Shown piece after piece: positions 37,488 through 50,691 of a stretch of DNA of 64,000 bases. This DNA is from Octopus sinensis. Taxonomy: Eukaryota. Below the pieces are notes generated by a model. The model searched no databases. It was not told the DNA's origin and was given only the letters and a program-made list of their open reading frames with translations. The first letter of the stretch is position 1. The number at the start of each line of letters is the position of its first letter. The DNA lies in assembly GCF_006345805.1 (NCBI RefSeq), contig NC_043016.1, positions 17,360,001 through 17,424,000 of the forward strand, written 5' to 3'. Made by a program: the position numbers and the translations under genes.

Positions 37488-38779
37488 TAAAATAAGTACC
37501 AGTTGATCACTGGTAGTCGATGCAATTGATTAGCATCCTCCCTCCATCCAAAATTTCAATCTTTAAACCTACACCGGAAAGGATTATATGCCAATGCATA
37601 ACTAAATTCCTCCTCGTGGACTTTGACAGATTCTCTTTAACGCTTGATGAATGGTAACTAATATCAGAAATCAAAACAAACCGAGTGATATTCCCCAGCC
37701 ATCAGTTATTTCTAGATCTAATGATGACATTTTTAGACCTGGTTATTCTCGTACGTACATAGACAATACATACATACAAGTATGCATGCATACAAACATG
37801 CACACACACATACACACACATACAAACATACATACATGGTGGCTGCCCCCTCGTTATCGAGTATGGCCATTGCACGAAGCTTAATCAATGTTGTTATCGT
37901 GCAATGCCTGTGCAAGAAGATTTTTTTTAAAGTAAGGAAACGCAGTGCACTGAGTCAATCCCACTCACTAAGCAACACCAGCCATAATCTGAAAAGAAGA
38001 ACAAGTCAACATCATCGGTAACCACTGAGCCGCAGGTTTTATGTCGGAGTTATCCCTGTTACCTGAGTTGCCTTCTCCTAGAAGGATGCCCTAACAAAGG
38101 CTAGGAGTCCTTCACTCCCAATGGTTTAACTGTGCGATTGGGTATTCAGTTCGATTATTTCTATGTCCCCGCGCATGATACATTTATTAGATGGCCGTTG
38201 ACTCTCAAGAGTTCCTCCGCCCTTTGACGGGTTTTGTTTTTCATCCCGCAGGGTGTCCAATAAACACCCTCCTCACCAAGCAAGCTTGGTGGGGTTGGCG
38301 GTTTAGTCGCCGACGACCCGAACATGCACCGGGTTACATGTTACCAGCAGCACTCGAAAGTGACCTAACATAGCATACATACATAATACAAACACGATGT
38401 CTGGAACTCGATTTTGAGCAATACCATCTCTTGATTGTTCTCTTAAACATAAACAACACAGTTGTTGTTTTTGTATACATAGGTAACAATGATGGGCACC
38501 TCTTGCAATAGGTGTTACAATATTTTTGGTGAACCTTCATATGACGTTTCAGTCCAGCCTCTTGATACACATCCTTTCCCAAACCTCTGCCAGTAGAGAT
38601 GTTGTATAATGCATAGTTAACAACTTCCTGTAGTTTCTCAGATGACTTTTAAAACCTGCCTTACTTAGTCAGACACAGCCACACTCGCTATGTGCTCATT
38701 GATAGTCGTGGTCACCATTATAGATAGTGATCCGTGGTGCGTGTTGTGATACCATCTAATAATGACTCATATCAGAAGG

Positions 38780-39400
38780 CTGAAATAATACATATAATGT
38801 GCCAGTTGGAAAAGAGAGCGACACAACCGAGTAGAAAAGCTTATGAAAGATTTATTGATATATTTACATGCATCTGTGTGGGCTCTATGTTTGCTGTTAA
38901 CCATGGTGAAGTAGTTCACGAACAGCGCTATGTTGGAACCTGTGCAGCGTTGCTGGTGCTGTGCATGTAGAGATGTTGTTGATGGCATTGGTGAGAGACA
39001 TGATGGCGGCGACGAAGATGGAGGTCGCTGTAATGCTGTTGGACGGGTGTTGTCTGGCATCGTCGCTGGAACTGGCTGTGTCGTGTGATCAGTAGCTAGA
39101 CCTTAGAAGGTCTGAAACCAACAGACATCGAGACAAGGGGAAGGTGGATTTCTATAGCTAACAGTAGGCTCAAAATTGGAGTTTAGAACAGGCTGTCTCG
39201 CGTGATTTATTTGGAGGCTGCGATTGGTTAGGTTGCATATTGGCGCGCGACAGAGTAAGAGACATATTACGCCAATACCAACCAATCAGAGTGGTGGACA
39301 CAACAGGGTCCAAACAGCGGCCAAAGGTTAGCTGTTACCTGCTACGTTCAAATGTATGTATAGTAAAGGAGAGATGAATTTCCCTAGAGTGTGCGCTACA
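38780..39400 (-). mobile_element. LTR-like repeat, copy 1
   Basis: Homologous to 41735-42644. Both end in ...GCTACA (TGTAGC on the minus strand) and carry clustered CCAAT boxes and a minus-strand AATAAA. No TSD was found. Confidence 0.5.
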
Positions 39401-40156
39401 TGCTCAACCAGGCTGTGTGCCATACTCAAGCAAATTAACATCGAGATTTTTACAAACATGAAAAACCACACCCATGCTTAATCTACAGTGAGCTTTCCCT
39501 ATCCATTTCCCAAGTTTCTTCTTTCTTAACTTTCTTCCGTGTATTCTTAATGCAGTCTTCACAGCTTAATTTCCGTTTGTACTTTGGTCTTTTACTCAAG
39601 ACAACTCACTCTACAGAAACAGAAACAAACCTATCATGATGCTTAAGCTTTCTCAGAATGTTCAATAAGGCATTTCTATTCCCGATATATATATATATAT
39701 AACATACAACAACAAAGACTTGATACATGTCCATTATGCTTCTTGCATTTTCTTGCGATTGCTTACCACTTCCTACAATTTCTGAGACTCATGAAAGACT
39801 TCATCAGTGATGTCGTTGAGAATTTATTCAGCATGATGTTCTTACACGACACCATGCCTAAAACAGAGGGAAGAGATATTTCCCACTAATTCCTATTCCC
39901 ACATGCAGCATTCCTATCCTTTCCCTTTATAAAGAACCAACATCAACACAACTTTCCACTCTTTGGATAATCCCTGATCCAAACGCAGTCAGACATTGAA
40001 GCAGGTTTTCACTCAACATAAAAACCATCCCTCACAGGTAACTTACCACTTTTTAGCTTTATCACACCATTTCTAACTTCTCCAAAGGAATGAGTTTCTG
40101 CCACATGTGTTCTTTTGCAAGCATACAGAGAATCAAACCAAGAAACTCCTCATCAA

Positions 40157-40640
40157 TCATCATCATCATCGTTTAACGTCCGTTTTCCATGCTGGCATGG
40201 GTTGGACAGTTTGGCTGAGGTCTGGAGAGCCAGCAGCTGCAACAGGCTCCAATCTGATATGGCAAGGTTTCTATAGCTGGATGCCCTTCCTAACTCTAAC
40301 CACTGTAGTGGATGCCTTTTACGTGCCACTGGCACAGGGGCCAGGGGAGCTGACATCGTCCACGATCGGATGGTACTTTTTACGTGAAACCGGCACGAAA
40401 GCCAATCAAGGCAGCACTGGTATCGGTTATGTTCAGATACCACCGGTACGGGAGTCACAACTACAATTTTCATTTGATTGTAATTTGATTTGATTTTGAT
40501 GTTGTCGTTGATGTTGATGTACTTGACTAAATAGATCCCAAGCACAGCATGTCGCCCTACGATCCAAGATACGTCTTTAAGTGAGCTGGTTATGCGACAC
40601 TGGTGTAGGTTACAGCTGTGAACTCACTTCATTTGCCGGT
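40157..40640 (-). mobile_element. RTE LINE 3' end fragment
   Basis: (CAT)n followed by 'gtttaacgtccgttttccatgctggcatgggttggac' and the UTR units. Confidence 0.88.
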
Positions 40641-41089
40641 GAGCTGTCAATCACCGGCAAGTCTATTCAAAAGTTGTTCTCACCACCTCACAAGAATATC
40701 TTTTCATTTAATGCTGCCTGGACTTCTTCATTTTCACTAAATCAATCTTGCTGTCTTCTTTCCACTAATCCCAGAAAATCTTTGCAAATGCCATGTAAGG
40801 ATGTTTTGGTCTCTTTGAGATGAATATTGTCCATTCTGCTCTCCAACTCCCCTTAATGGGATCATCTTTCAGACGTTTCACATTCGATTTCTTTGGTTCC
40901 TACTTTTGGTTTTCTAACCTCACCTTTGTACAAACAAGACAATGGTCGGGCCAACATTCAGCTTCCTGCATAAAGTACCCCCACCACCCACATCATAAAC
41001 ATCTTGCCTACGAACAAGAACAAAATCAATCATATGTTGCTGTTTTGAGCCGAGATGTATCCAGGTTGTTTTGTATCTGACATTCCGTT

Positions 41090-41610
41090 GGGACTTTTTC
41101 TATTGCTGAACCGCAAGGTTACAGGAGCGTAAACAAACCAACACCGATTGTCAAGCAGTGATAGTGGAACAGACACATAACATACGTACATTCTTATATA
41201 CATACATACATACATACATACATGCATACATACATACATACATACATACATACATACGTACGTACGTACGTAAGTACGTACGTATATACATACATACATA
41301 CATACGTACGTTCGTACATACATACATATATACGTACATACATACATACGTACGTACGTACATACATACATACAACATAAATACGTACGTACGTACGTTC
41401 TTACATACAATTACAAAGTCACACAATAACAAACACACTCACACATGCACGAAGGGCTTCTTTCAGTTTCTGCCTCTCAAACCTACTCACAAGGCTCTGG
41501 TCGGTTTGGGCCTGTAGTAGAAGACACTTTTCCAAGGTGCCGCGCAGTGGCAACGAACTGAAGTGCACTTGGTTTGGAAGCCACCTAATTACACAGTCAA
41601 GCCCACGCCT
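41090..41610 (-). mobile_element. SINE family B with an expanded internal (TACA/TACG)n array
   Basis: Family B segments flank the 41180-41405 microsatellite. Confidence 0.8.
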
Positions 41611-41734
41611 TTTATAAATTTAACCAAGAAAGTTGTTGAACGACCGCGCGAAAGGAGATGGTGACGAATGAATGACTCCTTTGAACACCGCACTGTCGCC
41701 TTACAATTAAAGCCAAAATATGGATAAATGAATA

Positions 41735-42644
41735 AAAGTGCCAGAAAGGAAAAAGAGAAGACGACGCAACCGTAAATTTTACGAGAAAGGTTTTATTTAG
41801 ATGTTAACATGTGGGTAGCAGAGTGTGTGTACATGTGTACGTCATAAGTACATATAAAATAAGAACAATAATAATAGACAGGCCGTCATGCATACATAAT
41901 GTGTATGTGTGTACAAACAAGGGTGTATGCGTATGAGATAAAATACAGAGCATAGAAATGAGTCTATAACAGGACGCTAGAAGTTCAGACACAAGATGAA
42001 AATAAATACCAGTTCGTAGTAAGGTACGCAATAGTAGAAGTTCTGTAACAAAGAAGTTGAGGCGAAAAAGGAGAGCCGGTTACTACACATGTCATGTTGA
42101 GGTTGTGGATTCTATGCTGTGCCGGGTTACTTGGTACAGAAGGTTCTCGCAGGCTGAGCTTACTGTTAACCATGAAAAGTATTCACAAACAGTGAGAAGT
42201 TAAACCTAGGCGAAGTTGCTGTTGACGTCGTTAAGATGAAGGCGACGTTAAGATGAAGGCGATGACAAGATAAAGGCGACGAAGGTCGAGTCCGGAAATG
42301 CTACTTGTGTTTCTGTCGCTGGAACTGGCTGTGTCGCTCTGTGATCAGTCACTAGACCTTAGAAGGTCTAGAGCCAAAGACGTAATACGGTTTGTTGATC
42401 TAGAGATTAGGAGGCTCCAGCAGAGAATTTAGAAGACTGTGTCACGGGACCTTATCAGAAGGCTGCGATTGGTTGGGTTGCACATTGGCGCGTAATAGAG
42501 CAAGAGACAAACTGCGCCAATACCAACCAATCAGAGTAGTGGACATAACAGGATCCAATCCCCCGAAGTTTAGCTGTTATCTGCTACGTCCGTATTTATG
42601 TTATATATGTCAGAGAGAAAGGATTTCACTAAGCGTCCGCTACA
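41735..42644 (-). mobile_element. LTR-like repeat, copy 2
   Basis: Shares 'gtcgctggaactggctgtgtcg..tgtgatcagt..ctagaccttagaaggtct' and the CCAAT block with copy 1. Confidence 0.5.
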
Positions 42645-42740
42645 AAGTGTTTATTTCAGAACGCTTGATTATTTCGGAAATTAAATCACTAAGTCTTAAT
42701 AACTAAGACAAGGAAGTGTAAATTACCGTTACAAATATTG

Positions 42741-42960
42741 CGAGCTGGCAGAATCGTTAACACATCGGACAAAATGCATAACGGTATTTAGTCTGTCCTC
42801 CCGTTCGGAGTTCAAAATGCTGCTGAGATCGACTTTGCCTTTCATCTTTTCGCGGTTGATAAAATAACTATCAGCCAGGTATTGGAGATGGTGGGAGTCG
42901 ATGCAATCGACTAACCACCCCCTTCCATCTCCAAATTTCAGACCTTGCGCCTATAATTGA
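42741..42960 (+). mobile_element. SINE family A
   Basis: 'cgagctggcagaatcgttaac...gagttcaaa...gactttgcctttcatc'. Confidence 0.82.
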
Positions 42961-43169
42961 AAGAATTAATATGATAGAAATATGTGCTTATTTCCCCCGC
43001 ATTATCTACGAATATAAGTTAATGATTTCCAATTTTTTAAATTCACAATATGAACAGGAATATATTTTACAAAGAAAGACAATAAAAAAAAAAAAGCAAA
43101 GGCGACATATAATTTTTTTAAAGAAGGGAGAAAGAAAAAAAAAACATCACTGCAGCTTCAATTGGTCGC

Positions 43170-43780
43170 GCATGACAAGTTTCAACGGAACCTGCCGAAG
43201 CAACGCACACAGCATTAAGCAGGGGCGATGGCGATTCTAAGGAATTGGAAAAGATAAGCACCGTCACGGGCATCCCCTGCCACTTGGGAGAGGCGAGCGG
43301 CCAACGATGACAAGATCTTCGCGGTTAGCGACCCAGTCCCTCCAAATGTCTCAAACGCCACAGGTTCGTAGAAATAGTTCACGTGTTTATGTTTCCAAAT
43401 AGTCTGTGTTGATGAAAGGTATCGATCATTTTAAATACCAAGGTGACCCTCACTATTGAAAAAGAAATACCGAATTCTAGAATAGATAGATATGTATCAT
43501 AAAAGGGCATGCTTCTCACCGGTGCTTGTAGGCTGATGGTTAACGTGTTGGCTGTGGAGACATCAGAGGCAGCGCTACCAGGCTGGGATTCGATCAACCC
43601 AGGCTGGGGTCGCCTAGGTGAGAATGTCTGATGTTGAATGATTCGAAACAGACCTCAGGAAACATCCAGATGATGTTCCCAAGTGCATCACAGGACCGGG
43701 GAAAAAGTAAGTGGCAAGGATGGTGTAAATGAGGAAGAGACTACCAGGTAACGCGAAGTCTTTGACGATCCGGTCTGTGT
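43170..43780 (-). mobile_element. CRE-clade-like (restriction-like endonuclease) non-LTR retrotransposon relic
   Basis: Minus-strand YFYEPVAFETFGGTGSLTAKILSSLAARLSQVAGDARDGAYLFQFLRIAI resembles the CRE-type C-terminus (F.P.A.ET.G..G...L..L...L....GD.R...FL.QR.S.A.QRGNA). Upstream IVKDFALPG resembles the post-RT 'DLALPA' segment. Confidence 0.65.
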
Positions 43781-44094
43781 TCAAAAGCTGTGATTCCAGT
43801 CATTGCAATCACCTCTTTTTTTTTTTATTGTGTGTCTTTGATCACATTATCCAAAGAATCCTTTTCATGTTTTAATTTGTGGGAGATTTGGTTGTTCTTT
43901 CTAACAGGTTGGGTGAATCCTTAAGGATTTCTTGTTGGTCGTGTATCTGCAATGAAAGTTAAAATTTTAAAAATGTCCAGCGATGGTATTCGCACAACAA
44001 AAAAGAAAGCAAAGAGTAATCGAATTATTTCTTAACGTATTTAATTTTCCCCTGCTAATTAGAAATAATTACACAATAAAAAAAATGTAATATA

Positions 44095-44670
44095 GGTTCC
44101 AAATATAGACACAAGGCCAGCAATTTTTGTGGAAAGGGATCAAGTCGATTTCATGGACTCCAGTGTTTCACTGGTACTTAACTTTATAAATCCCGAAAGG
44201 ATGAAAGGCAAAGCCGACCTCGGCGGAATTTGAACTCAGAACATAAAGACGAACAGGATGTCGCTAAGTATTTTGCCTGGCGTCGTAACGATTCTGCCTT
44301 TAAATAAAATAAAATATACTGGCTTCAAATTTTGGCACAAGGCCAGCAATTTTAGTTGTGGTGGTGGTGGTAGTGGTGGTTGTCTGTGTGTGTGTGTGTG
44401 TGTAGTGGTGAGTAAACTGAATACATTGATTCCTGTACTCAACTGCTATGTCTCTCATCAACATCGAAAGGATGAAAGGCAAAGTCGACCTCGGCGGAAA
44501 ATAAAATATGCTGGTCTCAAATTTTGGCACTCGACCAGCATTTCTGGGAGGGAGGGAGGTAAGTAGATTACATCGACACCAGTATTCAGCTGGTACTTAT
44601 TTTATCGACCCAGGAAAGGATGAAAGGTAAAGTTAACCTTGGCGGCGTTTGAACTCAGAACGTAAAAAGG
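44095..44670 (-). mobile_element. Three head-to-tail partial SINE family A copies
   Basis: The block 'gaaaggatgaaagg(c/t)aaag' recurs at ~44195, ~44465 and ~44615. Confidence 0.85.
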
Positions 44671-46069
44671 AAAATATGACATCAATCATTGACCTGTCCA
44701 GCAAATACGGGGGAGAATTTTCTTTGTTTCTCTTGTACCGTTAGGAAGAATTTTGGACTTATTTAAAGAAGTCCCAAGACAAACACACGGTAAATGTACG
44801 AAGTAAATGGCGTAGATAAAACCAAGAATTACTTTTAGACACCGTCTACATAAAACACACACACACACACACACACACAAATAGAAGAAAAATGGTTCGT
44901 ATTAACATTTAATGCTGTAACTAGAAGCTGGAGTTGTCTCCCATTCTTACCGAAACACAACTTTTGTTTTTTTAAACTTTCTGTTCCTTTCTCTTTTATA
45001 AACACTGACTTAGTTTATGTGAAACAAAAGACTTCTTCTATCAGCTGTGTTGCTTTTGGATTCCCTCAATTACTCGAATTCGTTTAACCCAGGTTATGTA
45101 CTTTATCAATAGAATAATAGATCTTGACAATGTTTTGGTTCCATGTGTGAATGTCAGGAAATAAATTGTTTTTTTTGCTGTGGAATTATTCGGAAAAACT
45201 TTAGCAGAAGATTTAAATATTGTAAAGATGGAATAAAGGATGCGAATAGGAAACCGTGTGAATAGGAAAACAGAAAGCGGAAAGGATAACATGAAAAAGA
45301 TTTAAAAAAAAAAGAAAAGCACTCAAGTTAACACAATACTGAGTTTCGAAATAAAATAAAATAATTATGCAAATAAGAAAAAAAAAACCTAAACAAAAAA
45401 CAAAACAAAACACACAAAAAAGAAGCAAAACCAGTAACTATACGGTGAGGTTTCACGAAAAGTTTATATAATTTTTTTTTTTTTTTGTTTAGTTCTAGCA
45501 TCAACAGAAATCAGTTTCAACTTGTTGGTAATTTATGTAGAGTAATTATAGCTGATTTACCGCCAGGGCAATTTATGATCTAATTTTAAGTTATTCATTT
45601 TGTTCCTGGTTAACAAAACACTTCTCTGCGCTGTGTAAATAATATAATTTATCGATCCGATTGCAGTACAACTACCTATAATTATTTTACTTAAGTGAAA
45701 TTGAAGAGAGGAGAATCTAAATTCGAGCTAGCGTTAATCATCCTTAATTTCTATTACAACTTTCTAACATTCCAGAGGCTGGGAGGTTTTGGTTTCTTGC
45801 GCTGCCAAAATATCACAAAAGAAAGAAGTACCCGACATTAATACTTCTTGTTTCTTCTTTTCTTTTCTTTTTTTATTTAAAAACTTGTTTCAGTCCGTGG
45901 ACTGTGGCCACGCTGGGGCACCGCATTGAAGTGCTCTGTCGGACAAATCGACCCCAGGACTTATTTTTTTTTAAAGTCTGGTTCTTATTCTATCTAAAAT
46001 GCCAACCTGCTAGGTTAGGGAGACATAGCTGGGGACATAAGTGATGGTAGGGGACAAGCACAAAGGGGA

Positions 46070-46207
46070 CTATGTATGTGTGTATGTGTGCGGGCGTGTG
46101 CGCGTGTGTGTGTTTGTATGTATGTATGTATATGAGTGTGTGTATGCATGTATTATGTATGTGTACGTGTGCGTGTGTGTATTTATGTATGTACGTACAT
46201 ACGTACG

Positions 46208-46239
<32 letters not shown>

Positions 46240-47217
46240 TGTATGTATGTATGTATGTGTAATGTATGTATGTATGTATGTATGTATGTATGTATGTATG
46301 TATGTGTGTATGTATGTGTAATGTATGTATGTATGTATGTGTAATGTATGTATGTATGTATGTGTAATGTATGTATGTATGTATGTGTAATGTATGTATG
46401 TATATGCGTGTGTATGTATGTATGTATGTATGTGTATTTTATTCTTTTATTCTTTTACTTGTTTCAGTCATTTGACTGCGGCCATGCTGGAGCACCGCCT
46501 TTAGTCGAGCAAGTCGACCCCAGGACTTATTCTTTGTAAGCCCAGTACTTATTCTATCGGTCTCTTTTTGCCGAACCGCTAGGTGACGGGGACGTAAACA
46601 CACCAGCATCGGTTGTCAAGCAACGCTAGGGGAACAAACATATATATATATACATATATACGACAGGCTTCTTTCAGTTTCCGTCTACCAAATCCACTCA
46701 CAAGGCATTGGTCGGCCCGGGGCTATAGCAGAAGATATTTGCCCAAGATGCCACGCAGTGGGACTGAACCCGGAACCATGTATGTATGTACATGTGCATG
46801 CATGTATGTATGTATGTGTGTGTGTGCATTTGTTGAGTTAGTAAATATTAATTACTAAACTGTTTATAGACATTCATAAACGATAATGTTCCTCTAAGTA
46901 ATGATCAGATACACGGGACTCCGAGGAGTCTTTTCGGCTTCAATAAATTACGCGCACACACACACACACACATACACATACACACACACACACACACGCA
47001 CACACACACACACACGCACACACACACATACACGCACACACACACACACATACACATACACACACACACGCACGCACACACACACACGCACATACACACA
47101 CACACACACGCACGCACACACACACACACACACGCACACACGCACACACACACGCACGCACACACACGCACACACACACACACACACGCACGCACACACA
47201 CACACACGCACATACAT
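46070..47217. repeat. (TATG)n at 46070-46435 and (CA)n at 46950-47217
   Basis: Direct inspection. Confidence 0.95.
46440..46780 (-). mobile_element. SINE family B (young) within a (TATG)n array; an older copy lies at ~45885-46075
   Basis: Tail 'attcttttattcttttacttgtttcagtc' and body ending 'gtgggactgaacccggaaccatg'. Confidence 0.88.
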
Positions 47218-47339
47218 ATGAGGGTGTGCTGAAAAGGGTAAAAGAAAATAGAGGAGGGTCAGTTAATTATGATTACAGTCAACATATTCTCTTCTCAGAT
47301 TCACACACTTATTACAGTGGTCCTTCAGTTTTTCTCTTT

Positions 47340-48019
47340 GGTTTCGCTCGCCCGTGCTCTTTCCAAATCTTGCACCATAACACCCTCAAGAGTTTCAGAC
47401 CCCACTTCTCTGGTTTCTCCTTCAGTTGCACCAGGGTCTCTGGATTGTTGACATAAACCCTCTCTTTCAGGTTTGTTGACATAGACCCTCTCTTTCAGGC
47501 CAGTTGACATTGCCATAGCAGGAGATTATTCTCTCTCTCCAAAGCATTGCCATAGCAACTGCATTGTTTCTCTTGTGGTATGAGCAGTTGCCCCATCTGG
47601 CTGGAACCATGTGTGAGGTCTACTTTGTAAGGCTGGGTGCAAAAAGGTCTCAATCATGGATTCCTTAAAGAGAGAGTTTATGTCAACAAACCTGAAAGAG
47701 AGGGTTTATGCCAAGAAACCAGGGACCCTGGTGTAACTGAAGAACATCAATAGAGAAATCAGAGAAGTGGGGGTCTGAAACTCTTGAGGATGTTATGGTG
47801 CAAGTTATGGAAAGAGCACGGGTGTGTGAAGCTGAAAATGGCTGCCATTTAAGCAATGTCCTTTTTCATAAGTGAAGTAGTGGTGTTGCAAAATTTGATT
47901 TGTGCAAATTAATTTCCATTATGTCCTTTATATTGTATCAAAATTTCATGCATTTATTTGTAAAGTTAAGAAAGTTATTGAAAATAGAAACCCATCAGTG
48001 ACTTTTGGGACACGCTGTA
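47340..48019 (+). mobile_element. Tc1/mariner (maT/DD37D-like) 3' relic with an inverted duplication
   Basis: GFLKERVYVNKP...SETLEDVMVQVMERARVCEAENGCHL transposase C-terminus; terminal GGGACACGCTGTA; 47340-47495 is the inverted copy of ~47667-47835. Confidence 0.75.
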
Positions 48020-49640
48020 GATATTTACTTCTCAAATCAGTCGAAACTTGGTGACGTGTGATTGGAAGATCGGAACAGAAATACGTGACGGTCACTTCTT
48101 GTAGTCTCTCATTCTCTCTACTTATAAGTGCGTGACAAACAGGAACACACGCTGCGCGTCGTAGCTACCTGCAAAACAATTCTCCTCTCTCTCTCTCTGA
48201 AGATTCCCACCTCACTGCGAGAACAGGAAAGATTCTCTTATTTATAAATGCCACAAGGCTCCAGAGAGCAAAGATTATTTTGCCGTGCCTGGTTGGTCTG
48301 TCACGTGATTCGATTGCACAGTTAACGTATCCAATCTCAACAACGGACTCGGTCAATGTATTACACCATCACATGTCTAGGTCACATGGCCAATCGTAGA
48401 AAACCTGCGTACGAGGCATTTACTGATTATTTAAGCCTAGACAAACAATATATGACAGACACTTTCGCTATATATATAACATGGCAAACAGCCATACAAA
48501 CAAATTCAAATTTGTTTATTTATTCATTTTTTTCAAATAAATTATTCCTGTGCAGCGATTTTAGATTTCCCCCGATTTCAAATTACTTCTGGGGTTGATT
48601 TGAAATCGATTTCATCCTATTCCGTATAATTTCACACACCTCATCCTCCAATCCTTCCCTAAATGTCTGTCGCCTTGATGGCAAAGATAATGTGCTTTCT
48701 TTGTGTTTGTGTATGTGTCAAGTACACGTGTGTTAATCTTAATCATTAAGGAACAGTTTTGACTGTTTACTTAAAGTTGAAAAAAGATAAAAAAAAACCC
48801 AGAATATTATGTAAATTATATACTTTTGTATAATAATTGTGCGCGAATGAATTTTGATTTGTATATATTTCGTTTGCATTCAAAGCGTAAGTGTATTTAA
48901 AATATCTTGTTTCGTATAATATATATTTCGATCGCTAGTTTGTTATTTAAAATGTTTTTATTAGAAAACAAAAAATTTAAATGCAGGCTCAGAACCTCTG
49001 ATACTCAAAGTATTTTTTAAAAGGCATCTTGAAAATGTTAGAGGAAGTACGGGAAAAAAATTATAGAGAAAACTTGTTGGTTCAAACGCATGAGATTCTA
49101 TAAATTTTCTTTTCCATCAACATACATATTTGTAGCTTATATCAACACTCACTATAGACGTAAAGAGAAAAGAAATGATATTTTTATTTTAGTTCGTCAT
49201 ATGAACTACGATAACAGGAAGAGTGAAGGGTTTAGCAAAGGAATTAATTATCGTAAATATGTAAACAAGGATGAGATGGAAAGAGGGAGAGAGAGAAGTC
49301 AGTAAAACATTTTTAAAAAATGCTATTTCGCAGCTTAAGATTTTAACAAAAACGTTCGCAGTGAATTGAAATTATTCATTTATGGGAAAAGTTACCTGAA
49401 AACCATATTTTGATAAAAAATAAATTACAATTGGAAATTTTAAGAAGTTTCTAGAAAATAGAGAATTTAATAATTATTTTCTTTTTAGGAAAAGTTGCGT
49501 AATTCCAACGAATTAATAGGTATATCCTACCATTATATGCATACATACATGATGGCCGTCCACCCGTGACCGAGGAAGACCATTGCCGACCTTCAGGGAC
49601 ATTGTGCACTCTAGGACTAACTTATATTTTGCATTTGCGG

Positions 49641-49666
49641 CATACATACATACATACATACATACA

Positions 49667-49697
<31 letters not shown>

Positions 49698-50144
49698 GCA
49701 AGTATGCATACATACATACATACATACATACAAACATACATACATATATACATACATACATACAAACATACATACATACATACATACATACATACATACA
49801 TACATACATACAAACATACATACATACATACATACATACATACATACAAACATACATACATACATACATACATACAAACATACATACATACATACATACA
49901 TACATACATACATACAAACATACATACATACATACATACATACATACACACAACATACATACATACATACATACGTACATACATACAACATACATACATA
50001 CATACATACATACATACAAACATACATACATATACCTACATACATACATACATACATACATCACCATACATACATACATACATACATACGTACATACATA
50101 CAAACATACATACTACATACATACATACATACATACATACAACA

Positions 50145-50175
<31 letters not shown>

Positions 50176-50633
50176 CAATACATACATACTACATACATAC
50201 GTACATACATACAAACACATACATACAAACAAACATACATGCAACCTACATACAAAAATACATACATACATACATACATAACATACATACATACGTACAT
50301 ACATACAAACATCATACATACATACATACATAAACAAACATACATACATACGTACATACATACATACATACAAACATACATACATACATACATACATACA
50401 TACATACAAACATACATACATACATACATACATACACATACATACATACATACAAACATACATACACACATACATACATACACACATACATACACACATA
50501 CATACATACATACATACATACACACATACATACATACATACATACATACATACATACATACATACAAACATACATACATACATACATACATACATACATA
50601 CAAACATACATACATACATACATACATACATGC

Positions 50634-50673
<40 letters not shown>

Positions 50674-50690
50674 GCGCGCGCGCACATATA
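49641..50690. repeat. ~1-kb (TACA)n microsatellite
   Basis: Direct inspection. Confidence 0.97.
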
Positions 50691-50691
50691 T

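Larger units (their letters stand above)
38390..41030 (-). mobile_element. Old fragmented RTE-like LINE interrupted by other repeats
   Basis: Minus-strand C2H2-like end (GK..(A)GLKRHMKVH, ~38525-38585) and an APE endonuclease-end-like motif (EAECWPDHCLV, ~40930-40975). Confidence 0.5.
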
